Shown here: positions 13,150 through 25,470 of the stretch, in pieces
How positions within the stretch are numbered: the first letter of the stretch is position 1
Layout: every line of letters begins with the position of its first letter
Source: Heterodontus francisci
Lineage: Eukaryota
Assembly: GCF_036365525.1 (NCBI RefSeq)
Contig: NC_090376.1
Span: forward strand, 78,970,737 to 79,034,736
DNA: 64,000 bases
Direction of reading: 5' to 3'
The notes under the pieces: generated by a model
Told to the model about the DNA's origin: nothing
Seen by the model: the letters and a program-made list of their open reading frames with translations, nothing else
Databases searched by the model: none
Made by a program: the position numbers and the translations under genes

Positions 13150-13976
13150 TTGCCCCTCTTCTTGGTGTTGTGATTGGATTTCCTTTATAGGTTACCAGAT
13201 TATCTCTGCCATCTTCTCTCTCCTCCAAAAAAGGACATTTTCCTTTTGATACCTTAGTTCACTCTTCCCCACTTGAGCTGTCCCTTTCTGCACAAGTGCA
13301 GAAGATGCAACACATGTCCATTCATGTCCTACCACTGTTGTCCAGGAACCCAAACATTTCTTCCATGCAAGACAGCAATTTATGCGTATTTCCACTGTTA
13401 CCACTCCATTTTTAACCTTCACTGTCCAATGAAGCTTAAAGCAAACTGCACGAACAGCCATACAACTTCAGCCCGCTAGCACAAACACTGACTTGGAAAA
13501 ATTCAAACAACTTTAGCCCCCATTTTCTTTACAGCAGGGAATATTGGTGACAGGTTATTAAGAGGAGGTAGGGTGGCATTTAGATTGGAGACCTTTCATT
13601 GAACGAAGTACTGGCAGAGGAGTTGCACCTTTGTTGTCGACTTGCTAAAAGATTTTCAGAACCAGTGGGTCCCATCCTATTCTGCCAGCTTCAATTTTAA
13701 TTTTAGTCATGTTTTAGCGGCTTTCAGATTGTCTTCTGGGTTATTTCAATTGCCTAAACTATTTGCACCTTTTTGGTTTCTCTGCTGTCTTTATTGTCTC
13801 CATCCATTGACTCCTGTAAACATCATAGTTGCGTAACAATTCACTGCTTATTTTAAGCAAATTACTCCTTGTGCTTCCCCCCTCCCCAGCCACCCCCCAC
13901 TTTGTTCTAATTTTAAATTGTGATGCAAGATTATATGCCTGAAACATCAAATTATCTGTCCTTCCCACAGATGCTT
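13150..13976 (+). mobile_element. Decayed Neptune-type PLE fragment with pLTR remnant
   Basis: CRRCNTCPF Cys motif typical of the linker before the Neptune GIY-YIG domain; pLTR remnant cctgaaacatc...cccacagatgc at ~13935-13976. Confidence 0.55.
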
Positions 13977-13994
13977 GGTGCTCTTCTTTACCAC

Positions 13995-15433
13995 CAGCAT
14001 GATTTGGAGGACAGCGAATGTGGTACCATTATTTAAGATGGGTAGCAGGGATAAACCAGGTAATTACAGGCCAGTGCGTCTAACATCAGTGGTAGGGAAA
14101 CTATTGGAAAAAATTCTGAGGGACAGGATTAATCTCCACTTGGAGAGGCAGGGATTAATCAGGGATAGTCAGCATGGCTTTGTCGGGGGGAGATCGTGTC
14201 TAACAAATTTGATTGAATTTTTCGAGGTGACGAGAGGTGTAGATGAGGGTAAAGCAGTTGATGTAGTCTACATTGACTTCAGTAAGGCTTTTGATAAGGT
14301 CCTGCATGGGAGATTGGTTAAGAAAGTAAAGGCCAATGGGATCCAGGGCAATTTGGCAAATCGGATTCAAAATTGGCTTAGTGGCAGGAGGCAGAGGGTG
14401 ACGATAGAGGGTTGTTTCTGTGAGTGGAAGCCTGTGACCAGTGGTGTACCACAGGGATCGGTGCTGGGACCCTTACTGTTTGTAGTGTGCATTAATGATT
14501 TAGACGTGAATATAGGAGGTATGATCAGTAAGTTCGCAGACGACACGAAAATTGGTGGAGTCATAAATAGTTAGGAGGAAAGCATTAGACGACAGGATGA
14601 TATAGATGGGCTGGTAAGATGGGCGGAGCAGTGGCAAATGGAGTTTAATCCTGAGAAGTGTGAGGTGATGCACTTTGGGAGGTCTAACAAGGCAATGGAA
14701 TATACAATGGATGGTAGGACCCTAGGGTGTACAGAGGGTCAGAGGGACCTTGGGGTGCTTGTCCACAGATCACTGAAGGCAGCAGCACAGGTAGATAAGG
14801 TGGTTAGGAAGGCATACGGGATACTTGCCTTTCTTAGCCGAAGCATAGAATATAAGAGCAGGGAGGTTATGATGGGGCTGGTTAAGCCACAGTTGGAGTA
14901 CTGTGTACAGTTCTGGTCGCCACACTATAGGAAGGATGTGATTGCACTGGAGAGGGTGCAGAAGAAATTCACCAGGATGTTGCCTGGGCTCGAGCATTTC
15001 AGTTATGAAGAGAGACTGGATAGGCTAGGGTTGTTTTCCTTAGAGCAGAGAAGGCTGAGGGGGGACCTGATTGAGGTATACAAAATTATGAGGGGCATTG
15101 ATAGGGTAGATAGGAAGAAACTTTTTCCCTTAGCGGAGAGGTCAATAACTAGGGGGCACAGATTTAAGGTAAGGGGCAGGAGGTTTAGAGGGAAGTTGGA
15201 GGAATTTTTTCACCCAGAGGGTGGTTGGAATCTGAAACACACTGCCTGAAGGGTGGTAGAGGCAGGAACACTCACGACATTCAAGAAATATTTAGATGAG
15301 CACTTGAAACGCCATAACATTCAAGGCTATGGGCCGTGCGGGGAAACGGGATTAGTTGGGACGGGTGCTTGATGGTTGGCGCAGGCGCATTGGGCCGAAG
15401 GGCCTGTTTCTGCGCTGTAAAACTCTGACTCTC
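13995..15433 (+). mobile_element. Young CR1 (HER1-like) LINE, 5'-truncated RT + 3' UTR
   Basis: ORFs 13975-14574 and 14638-15249 ([42 protein letters not shown]); tail GGGCCGAAGGGCCTGTTTC...ACTCT. Confidence 0.95.
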
Positions 15434-15584
15434 TAAGTTAGTTAAGGCAGAACTCAAAAATCAAGAGCAAAAGAATTCAAAAGTTAAAAGCGAGGAACGC
15501 AAAACCAAAAATGGGCAACACAACACACAAAAGCATTGAAAAAAATTGTACAGTTGAATTGGATGATTAATTTAAATTCACAAA

Positions 15585-15672
15585 AAAGGGTCACTGACCT
15601 AAAACATTAACCATTTCTCTCCACAGGTGCTGCCAGACCTGAGTATTTGCTGCATTGTATTAATTTCAGATT
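15585..15672 (+). mobile_element. Short PLE pLTR 3' fragment starting at a degenerate hammerhead
   Basis: gggtcactgacctaaaacattaac...ccacaggtgctgccagacctgagtattt. Confidence 0.55.
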
Positions 15673-16559
15673 TACAAGAGCAAAGCAATACGGATGCTGA
15701 TCAGTAAAGAGTTATATTTGTACTACCACTTTCACATTGATGCAGTTTCAGGTGCATATCGTAACTTCCAATCTCTCAGGAGTCATCTCCACAATGCACA
15801 AAAGCCAAGCAGTCTGAAACCATTCCAGCAGCCCATCTCATTTGATATGGGTTTGGTACTGGATGCCAGATAACTTGGTTATCTGTTGTCATCCTTTCTT
15901 CCATGGTGAAGACTCCAGGAGCCACTTAGGAGACAACTGGCAGTGAGTTGAGGCCATGGGGGAAGGGGTGGCGGGTGAGGGAATGCTTCTTCATACCAGG
16001 GATATAAATTCTTGCACCTCACACCAGAGCCTTGATGGAGGATTAATTGTGCTCGTAGCCCCAGACTATATATGGGTAACACCCAAGATTCACTTGTGTC
16101 AAATATAGCAAAGCTGCCCTCTACCCCCTCCTCTGTACTTGCTGAAAACCTGTCACATCTCTAACTTTTTCGGTTTCTCTTTCCACATATACAGATTTCC
16201 ATCATAGGCCCATGCCTATAGGCTGTTCCCAGTCTGGAAAGTTTCCATTATCAATGGATCATTTGCAGTTTTCCAACCAATCTTCTATTTGGTATCATGT
16301 TAACTTCTGTTCTGTAACTCCTTTCCCAAGTCATTAGCGTAATGAAACCTGGTCAAAGGTTTTCTGGAAATCCAAGTATATTAAAGATACAGTATGCTCT
16401 AAATGCCTTGGAAAAAGTCTAACCCATTTGCTTAAATCTGAGATGCAACAGGGTTTAACCAGGTATAGAGGGAGGGAAAGGTGAGTGTTGCGGGGAGGGG
16501 AAGAAAGAGAAGAGGGCAGGTCTGTGATAGGGTACAAAGCAGGAGAGAATAAATGAGAA

Positions 16560-18358
16560 AAGGGATGATGATAATGCAGAGGTTATAGAAAGGGAGGAAC
16601 TTAGAACAATCATCACTAGGGAAAAAGTACTGAGCAAACTATTGGGGTTGAAGGCAGACAAGTCTCCAGGGCCTGATGGCCTACATCCTAGGGTCTTAAA
16701 GGAAGCGGCAGTGGAGATAGTGGATCTATTGGTTATAATATTCCAAAATTCTCTGGATACGGGAAAGGTTCCAGTGGTTTGGAAAAAAGCTAATGTAATG
16801 CCCTTATTCAAAAAGGGAGGCAGAAAGTAGGAAACTATAGACCAGTTAGTTTAACATCTGTCGTTAGGAAATGGTTAGAATCCATTTTGAAGGAAATAAT
16901 TTAGAAAGTCAAAACGCAATCCATCAGAGTCAGCGTGGTTTTATGAAGGGTAAATTGTGTTGACTAATTTGCTCGAGTTCTTCAAAGCTGTAACAAGCAA
17001 AGTGGATGATGGGGATCCTGTAGATGTAGTTTATCTGGACTTCCAGAAAGCATTTGATAAGGTGCCACATAAAAGGTTAATACACAAGGTAAGCTCACAT
17101 GGGCCAATATAATAAAAGCAAAATACTGCGGATGCTGGAAATCTGAAACAAAAACAAGAAATGCTGGATTCACTCAGCAGGTCTGGCAGCATCTGTGGAA
17201 AGAGAAGCAGAGTTAACGTTTCGGGTCAGTGACCCTTCTTCTAAGCTCACATGGGGTTAGGGGCAATTTATTAGCTTGGATAGAGGATTGGCTAACCAAC
17301 AGAAAAGAGAGAATCGAGATAAGTGGGTCTTTTTCTGGTTGGCAAGATGTAACTAGTGGGGTGCCACAGGGTTCGGTCCTCAGGCCCCAACTATTTACAA
17401 TCTACATAAATGACTTGGATGCAGGGATAGAAGGTACTATAGCCAAATTTGCAGATGACACTAAAACAGGTGGGACAATAAGCTGCATTAAAGAATTAAG
17501 AAATCTAGATAGGGATAGATTAGATAAATGGGCCAAAATGTGGCAGATGGATGTTAACGTAGATAAGTGTGATGTTATCCATTTTGGTCGGCAGAATAGA
17601 AAGGCAAATTATCTAAATGGAGAGAAACTTCAGAGTGCTTCGGTGCAGAGGGATCTGGATGTCCTCGTGCATGAATTGCAGAAAACTAGTTTGCAGGTAC
17701 AGCAGGTAATAAGGAAGGCAAATGAAATTTTGGCATTTATTGCTAAAGGGATAGAGTATTAAAGTAGGGAAGTGTTGTTGTAACTGTACAAGGCATTGGT
17801 GAGACCGCACCTGGAGTATTGCGTACAGTTTTGGTCCCCTTACTTGAGAAAGGATGTAGTTGCATTGGAGGCAGTTCACTAGATTGATTCCAGAGATGGG
17901 GGACTTGTCTTATGAAGAGAGATTGAGCAGTTTAGGTCTTTAATCTCTGGAGTTTAGAAGAATGAGAGGAGATCTAATTGACGTATATATGATGATTAAG
18001 GGGATTGACAAAGTAGACATTGAGAGGATGTTTCCTCTTGTGGGGCAATCTAGAATGAGGGGTCATAGTTTTAGAATAAGAAGTAGCAGATTTAAAACAG
18101 AAATGAGGAGAAATTACTTCTCTCAGAGGGTCGTGAATCTATGGAATTCACTACCCCAGAGTGCGGTGGATGCCAGGGCATTGGGTAAATTTAAGGAGAT
18201 GGACAGATTTTTAATTAGAAATGGGTTGAAGGGTTATGGAGAACAGGCAGGAAAGTGGAGTTAAGGCCAAGATGAGATCAGCCATGATCGTATTGAATGG
18301 CGGAGCAGGCTCGAGGGGCTGAATTGCCTACTCCTGCTCCTAGTTCTTATGTTCTTAT
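16560..18358 (+). mobile_element. CR1 LINE fragment
   Basis: [35 protein letters not shown]; (TTCTTATG)n tail. Hosts a PLE insert at 17104-17241. Confidence 0.92.
17104..17241 (-). mobile_element. 138-bp PLE pLTR insertion truncated inside the hammerhead core
   Basis: 14-bp TSD TAAGCTCACATGGG (17090-17103 / 17242-17255). Minus strand begins GAAGA-A-GGGTC-ACT-GACCC-GAAA-CG-TT-AACT. Confidence 0.85.
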
Positions 18359-18364
18359 GGTGCA

Positions 18365-18660
18365 AGGTAAAAGCAGATGGAAATGAGTCCCCAACTCCTT
18401 TTGCCTTGTACCAAAATATTTTTTGCCATTTAATCCCTCCTGCCTTCTACCCTATCAGAGATCTTCCTTTTTGTTCCCCCCTCCCTTTGCCTGTCGTTGT
18501 ATTTGCTTAAAATCTGTTACATCTAACTTTTTCTAGTTCTGATGAAAGGTCATAGACCTGAAAGAATAACTGTTTCTCTCCATAGATGCTGCCTGATGAG
18601 TATTTCCAACATGTTATATTTATTTCAGATTTCCATCACCCACACTACTTTGTTTTTGTT
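18365..18660 (+). mobile_element. PLE pLTR fragment with hammerhead motif (18535-18571)
   Basis: AGTT-CTGATGA-A-AGGTC-ATA-GACCT-GAAA-gaat-AACT; helix III mutated. Confidence 0.7.
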
Positions 18661-18719
18661 TAAATTTGACCTTTTCCCTAAATCTATGCTAATTCTTTCA
18701 AAAAAAACCTCAAAAGCAA

Positions 18720-19200
18720 ATCAACACTATCTTTAATGTAGCAAAAAGACCCAAGCTCCTTCAAAGTTGGGATCAAACCCAAGCTGGAGGAGGTGCTGGA
18801 ACTTTGGGAGTTGGCAAGAGGTAGTTTAAAAGGAACATTTGCAAGTTGGAAGTGGAGCAAGGAAAAGATTTTGTGAATGGAGTTTCAAAGTGCAAAACAA
18901 AATGGCTAAAAGTTGTCACTGATGATAGAGTAATGTGGAAGAGAAAACCCATTGTAAATCTGCAGTGGGAAAACAGACATCATAGAGCTGCCATGGCTCC
19001 AGAGGTAGGGAAGGGCTAGACAATGGAGGGATTTGGCAACAAGGATGAGGATCCTGAAGCAATTGAGAGGGGAGCAGATGAAGGTCTGCATGGATTAAGG
19101 CAAGAGGTGAACCGAATTTTATGCAAGACTGGGTGTGGACAGATGAGTTCTGGATGAGTTGGATAATTTAAAACTTGAATTTTCCTGTCAGCACAGAAAC
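18720..19200 (-). mobile_element. Old L2 LINE 3' fragment
   Basis: Minus ORF FRILILVAKSLHCLALPYL resembles the L2 C-terminal motif also seen at 39035-39310. Confidence 0.55.
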
Positions 19201-19219
19201 CCTTTTTAGGGCATTCTGG

Positions 19220-19860
19220 GAGACCCCATTGATCATTTACCGGAAAATGGTTTATCATACTTATTAGGTACGCATAGCAATTTTGGACAATAGGGTGAAC
19301 ACAATCAATTCTACCACACACCTTGGAGACATAATTGTGGCAACTCATTGGGCAGCAAGTATTAAAAAAATGCTAGCCTTTATTTAAATGGGACTGGAAT
19401 ACAAAGTGGAGAAAGTTATGGTTCAGCTGTAAAGAGACTTGGTCAGACCCATTCTGGAGTACTGCGGCTTAAATTATGAGGTCAGGTTTCATAAACTTGG
19501 CCTGTATTCTGTTGAGTGCTGAGGATTGAGAGGTGATCTGATCAAGGTGTTTGAGATGATTAAAGGAATTGACCGTTTAGCCATCAAACCTATTTTCTCT
19601 GGTGGGATAATCAAGAACAAGGGGACATAATCTTAAAATTAGAGCTAGGCCATGCAGAAAGGGTAGCAGAAAGTTTGAACTCTCCCATTAGCCTGTGATG
19701 CTAGACCAATTGGAGCTTTCAACATTGAGTAGATTTTTGCGAAGGGTATCAAGCCATATGGAGCAAAGTAAGGTAAATGGAGTTCACTTGCAGATCAGTC
19801 ATGATCAAATTGAATGGCGTAGCAGGCTCAAGGGGCTGAATGACCTACTTCTGTTCTGAT
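19220..19860 (+). mobile_element. Old CR1 3' fragment
   Basis: LVRPILEYC-like and RGDLIKVF-like nucleotide motifs; CR1 3' hairpin at ~19820-19850. Confidence 0.65.
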
Positions 19861-21479
19861 GTACTTTTCAAAAAACAAAGTATCATTTTGGTCCTGCAAA
19901 TCACTGAAAAAATGATTTTGAATGTTATTCAAAAATATAGGATGTCACACTAAGAGCTTTCAGTGGTATTTAGAGCAGAACTGAGATTTCAATTGGGCTA
20001 AATAAAGTTTAGAACCAGTTCAATTATCTCCAGGAGAGCAAAGGAAGGGGCACCTTGTATGTGTTCTTGTTCCCCAGATGCCACTGCTGCCACCACCACC
20101 ACTTCCCCTGGGAATGATAAAGCATCTGGCCCTTGGAGAGTGAAGGAAGGCGAGATCACCAGCCTGTAGTGAGGAAGCACCAGGCATTGAGAAAGGAGGA
20201 ACAGACATCAGAATGAGAACAGGGTGGACACACGGACTTGGACTGCCCCTCATTTGGGAGAATAAACACCAACTTGGTGTTTCCATTTCATCATTTCTGT
20301 GCAATTGCAGAAGATATACCACAGTGGTAAGAAATACATTGCATATAAAAAGTATTTAAGAAAGTAGCTTAGCATTAGATTGAAAAAAGGTCGCAGAGCT
20401 AGCAAAGGAAATAAAAGGATTTCTTCTGTAAGTATTCAATTATCTTTTGTAAATTAAATTCAGTTAATTTAAAATTAAAAAGACGTCTGACGTTGGGAGG
20501 TTCTTATCCATAACAGAAAATTGGAGATAGCCCATGGAAGCAAAATATAATTCCAGAAGCTAAACGTAATCAGCAGAAAGGCTGCTACATTTCTTATCTG
20601 GGGCACAGTACAAAACCTTACCAAGATATCAAAGCTGATGAAGCTACTTTAAAGACAGACAAAGTTGGGACTCATCTATGAGTGACCTAAAATATGACAG
20701 CCAGAAAGCCTAGAGTAAGGGTAGAAATGGCCAAAAATGTAGCACACTCCTGAATCAACTATAAACTAGCACAGCAACTTGAACTAAAATTTGAAGTGAC
20801 ATTTAATACAAAAAAAGTGTAATTACATACCTAAAATCAAAGCTTTACATGCACATTAAAACAAACATTCACTATTATTGTAGGCACAAGGGGGCTGGAA
20901 TTTCCCCATGAGCTTGCAACCAGTGGGTTACACTGAAATTTAGAGTCTTCATTTTTTCTGGCATATCCTGCCAATGGCATAAACAAAATGATGGAACATT
21001 TTAAAAAGAGGTATAAACAAGCAGAAATCAACAAACAGCTGAGGCCAAAAGAATGCACAGAATTCACACCATTATTTTTATGAAAATTAAGGTTTGAAAT
21101 AATCAAATTAGCCATGCGCATTATGCATTAAAAAAACACAATTGCAGAAGTTTTTCAATTTTTAATGCAACTCACATTGATGGCTTAAACTCCTAAGGAA
21201 CAGAAAATAGTTAAGATTTTTTTTAATTGCTGAAAAATTGCAATAAAGCATAAAGTATGACTGTTTCTTAATATACATACAATACTGGATGCAATTTTAT
21301 GTCTATTTGAAACCAGCGTAATTGCAGAAAACTTACAAGTACCACTCCTTACCATGCGGGCAGAACTGTCACATGCATGCAAGGAGCAATTATGAACTAG
21401 AAACTGATGAATTAACCTCCCAAAAATGAACACACTATTGCTACAAGACAAAATGGAGCAAGAGGTCAGGTGACCTCTC

Positions 21480-22400
21480 CTGTACTGCAAATACACACAG
21501 TGACTGCTGGAGTTGAACCCATCATGATGTCTGGACTAGCCTTGAAGAAAGCACTAGAAATGTTAATGGTCCCATTCAATGTTAATGGCTACTTTTTTCA
21601 ACCAGTTAGACTGACTAACTGGTCTTTGCAAACAGAGGCTCCAGACCCAAACTCAGGATAATAGGTGTGACCACTTTACCAAGATGAGCAACATTCAAAT
21701 GTCGTTGTCTAACAATGGCCACACATTCAGGAGACATTATATTAAAAGACCAGGGGAGAGCAACTTTGGTCACTTGACAGAAACCAAGCCAGATAAGTTT
21801 TTTTTAAATAAAGATTTTTCTTTGAAGAAAGCCAGAGCAGAGACAGAAAGCCAGCAGCCAGAGAGAGATCTTTTACAGCCAAGACAATGACCCTGCCAAA
21901 TACCATTGTTAAAAACTACCTAGAGACAGAGTCGAAAAGGTGACCTTTGAAAGCTCCCCATCTGAGATTGAAACAGGATCTTAGTCATTGTTCAGTAACT
22001 GAGATTTAACCAAAGAGGTCTGCAGCCTAGCATCCATCCACCTGAAACTCTCCATAGCTTGACTCCAGTGAACCAGGAGAAAACGAAGAACAGGCCTGCA
22101 TCATTTAAATTTTCCTCACGGGAAAGAAAACAAGGTTCCACAATGAACTTTTTTTAAAAAAAAGACCAGTCCTAAATGCAGGCTATCTTTTAATCTCCAT
22201 CACACGTGTGATGTTGTGAATTTTCGGGTTTTGTTTAACATACATTCATCTTTCTTCAAACCTATGAGAAAACCTGCCATTTGTCTGTTTACTGACCATT
22301 AAAACACTATAAGGTTAAAATGCAATTCAAACACACTATCTGCAGTCAGTTGAGAGCTGTAAAGGGAAACCACCTTTATCATTTCCTACCTGTCCTTAAC
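21480..22400 (+). mobile_element. Decayed LTR-like element
   Basis: Ends ...CCTACCTGTCCTTAACA like the other solo LTRs; 5' boundary uncertain. Confidence 0.35.
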
Positions 22401-22599
22401 AAAGCCATTAAAATGAACCATGGTGCATACTGGCACAAGGTGTATAACACATTTACACCTGAATTTCCAATCTTTCACACCAGAAATTGGTGTTATGTCC
22501 CAGTTGCATGTTGCACATATAGGCACAAATTCATAGGAAATTCTGATCAGATTTTATATGGCTCATCATTTGAATACAGTTTCTTGTTAAGCTATCATA

Positions 22600-25070
22600 C
22601 TCTCATCTCCCAATTGGCCATCATTTCCACTTTTGGATATGTAATCATTTATAGATAACACTTCTGAACTATTAAGGAGACTAATTACTGAGGGGGTGCG
22701 TGCGATGGACCAGGAAAGATCATATCCTTCTGAAGTGCATGAACTGTCCAACATCAAAGTGCTCGTAAATGTCCCAAATTTGTTAAAGCTAGCTGTATAG
22801 GAGCTATCCATTCGAGACTGCTGTCCACTGGCCGCTTTTGACATTCTGACTGTGACAGAAATCTGGCTCAAGGCAGGCAGCTCCCTTCAAAGTTAGACGA
22901 AGGTGTTATAGTAAGAGAAAGAAAAAAAAAATCAAGAAATGGCAGATTTTCTAAATACTTATTTTGTATTGATCTTCACAGAAGAGTATAAGGATAAACT
23001 ATCAAATACAAGGAAAACTAAAAATAAATCAAGGAAAGGGACTTACTGGCTTTATTACTGGCTTTAATAGTGATAAAAATAATAATGAAGAAAACAACTA
23101 GACTAAGTTTAGACAAATCTCCAGGACTTGATGGCTTCCATCCCAGGGCATTAAAAGTAAGTGAGGTAACTGTAGATGTTGTAGTCATGATCTTCCAAAA
23201 CTCTCAATTCAGGAATTATCCTCTTGGATTGGAAAATTGTCAATGTCACTCCATTATTCAAGAAAATTAGGAGAGATAAACTAGGAGATTATCGGTCTAT
23301 TAGTCTGGCATTTGTTGTGGGGAAGTTACTAGAATATATTAGGGATAGAGCGCTTGGACAAATATAAACTGATCAGAAAGAGCCATGAGAATTTGTAAAA
23401 GCCAAGTCATATCTAATGAGACTGTTTGAATATTTGAGGAACTAATTAATGTGGTAGATCAGGGAAACATCCTTCTGGACTCACCATTGAGTTCAACAAT
23501 TTCAGACTGTAATCTCTACCCCCATTTTGTTTCCTTTTATCTCTGCAGGTTTTATTTTTAGCTAGTTTTTCTCTAGTTTTTGCTTTCAGATGACAGCTGT
23601 TCATCATTCAAACCTCCGACACACATGTTGTTTCTACAATTGTCTCATTACCAATCCCTTTGTCCTTGCACCACCAACCAACCCTTTTGTCATTTTAATC
23701 CTCCTGTCTTCCACCCTATCACAGACCGTCCCTTTGTTCTTTTTCCTACCCTTTCCTCTTTCATTTGCTTCAAACCTATTTCATTTCTAACTTTTCCCCA
23801 GTTCTGATGAAGTCATCAACCTGAAACATTAACTGTTTCTTTCTCCACAGATGCTGCCAGACCTGCTGAGTATTTCCAGCATCCATAGTATTTTGTTTGT
23901 GTGTGGTAGATAAGGGAGTGTCTATGGATGTTAATTCTATGAACTTTCAGAAGGCATTTGATAAATTCCACATAAAAGACCTAACAAAAATGAGGGTTCA
24001 CGGAATTAGAGGCACTCTATCAACATGGGTAAAGAATTGGTTAGGAGGTAGGAGATACAGAGTAGGGATTATAGTTAAGTACTTCAACTGGAAAGATGTG
24101 AGTTGTGGTTCCACCACCAACCCTCCAAACCTCAGCCTGTCCCATGCCAAGATCTGACCAGGGGCCTCAGCTAATCACTATATTTATACATTGCTTGGTT
24201 AAAAGAATAGAAAGCCCTATATTAAAGTTTGCTGACAACAGGTCAGGTTAGGTGGCACAGTAAATAGTGTAGATGGGAAAGGATAAAGTTGCAAAGGGGT
24301 ATTGGTAGATTAAGTGAGTCGGCAAAACTGTGGCAAATGTAGCTTAATGTGGGGAAGTGTGAAGTCATCTACTTTGAAGCCAAGGAAGATAAACCAGTAT
24401 TTTCGAAATGGCAGGAAGCTGGGAACTATGAAGGAGGAGAGAGATTTTAGATGAGCAAACACAGAAATCACTAAAGGTTAATGAACAGGTATGAAAAAAT
24501 ATAGAAAGGCGAAAGGAACGTTGGCCTTTATCTCAAGGGGGCTGAATACAAGGGGTGGAGGTCATGTTCCAGTTATATAAAGTTCTGGTTAGACAGCATT
24601 TAGAGTACTCCATTCAGATCTGTGTACCATACCTCAGGTAGTTTATATTGAAGGTTGGGAGGAGCACTGCAGTGCAGCTTCACCAGAATGATACTGGGGC
24701 TAAAAGGTTAAATTATGAGGGTAGGTTACATAGACTAGGTTTGTATTCCTTTGTGTATAGACGATAAAGGGATGATGTAATTGAGGTGTTTAAAATGATT
24801 AAAGGATTTGATAGAGAGAAACTATCCACCCTATTTCCTCTGGTGAAGTCTAGCACAAGGGAGCATAGCCTTAAAGTTAGAGCTAGACCAATGCAGGGGT
24901 GCAAAGAGTAGTGGAAATCTGGAACTATCTCCCCCCGAAAGTTGAGAGGTGAAATCAACTGAAAATGTGAAAACTGAGATTGATATTTTTTTGTTAGGCA
25001 GGGGTATTAAGGATGATGGACTCAAAGCAGATAGATGGAGTTAAGATATAAATCAGTCATGACCTAATTG
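22600..25070 (+). mobile_element. Old CR1 fragment with PLE insert
   Basis: DKSPGLDGFHPRALK, NFQKAFDKFH..., CR1 3' region. Confidence 0.75.
23460..23898 (+). mobile_element. PLE pLTR with hammerhead motif (23800-23834)
   Basis: TSD TGTGGTAGAT flanking; end of ORF (IEFNNFR); AGTT-CTGATGA-AGTCATCAACCT-GAAA-CATT-AACT. Confidence 0.7.
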
Positions 25071-25079
25071 ATATATCAT

Positions 25080-25470
25080 GTTGAGCAGTACAACGGCTCA
25101 CTCTTCTCATCCAACCCATTACTCAAAGGAACAGATCCTTCTCTCTATGACAAACATCCACTCCTATTCCCCCACCCAACTGCAAAGAGCTCACATTGCT
25201 CTGTCTGAGATCAAGACAATCCACACAGTGCCCACTGCCACTACCTCCTTCTTCTCCCTCAATGCTCTTGACCTTATCCCAGTTTCGCCACTTAGTCTCC
25301 ACCAGCCTCAAATCATTCTGCAATTTCTCTCCACCCACCTCCCCAAGCTTCGCCTCCTGTATCTTCATTTTCACTCCCAACTTCCACTCAGATATTCTAA
25401 ATGGTTCTTTTTGTTCAGGCATACTCTCCACCTTCCAAAATCACTATCAGTCTCCTCCTCAAAAAGCTCA
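25080..25470 (+). mobile_element. Probable very old Neptune PLE RT-thumb fragment
   Basis: Pyrimidine-rich; weak similarity (...SEIKTIHT...TTSFF) to the PLE RT C-terminal region. Confidence 0.3.
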
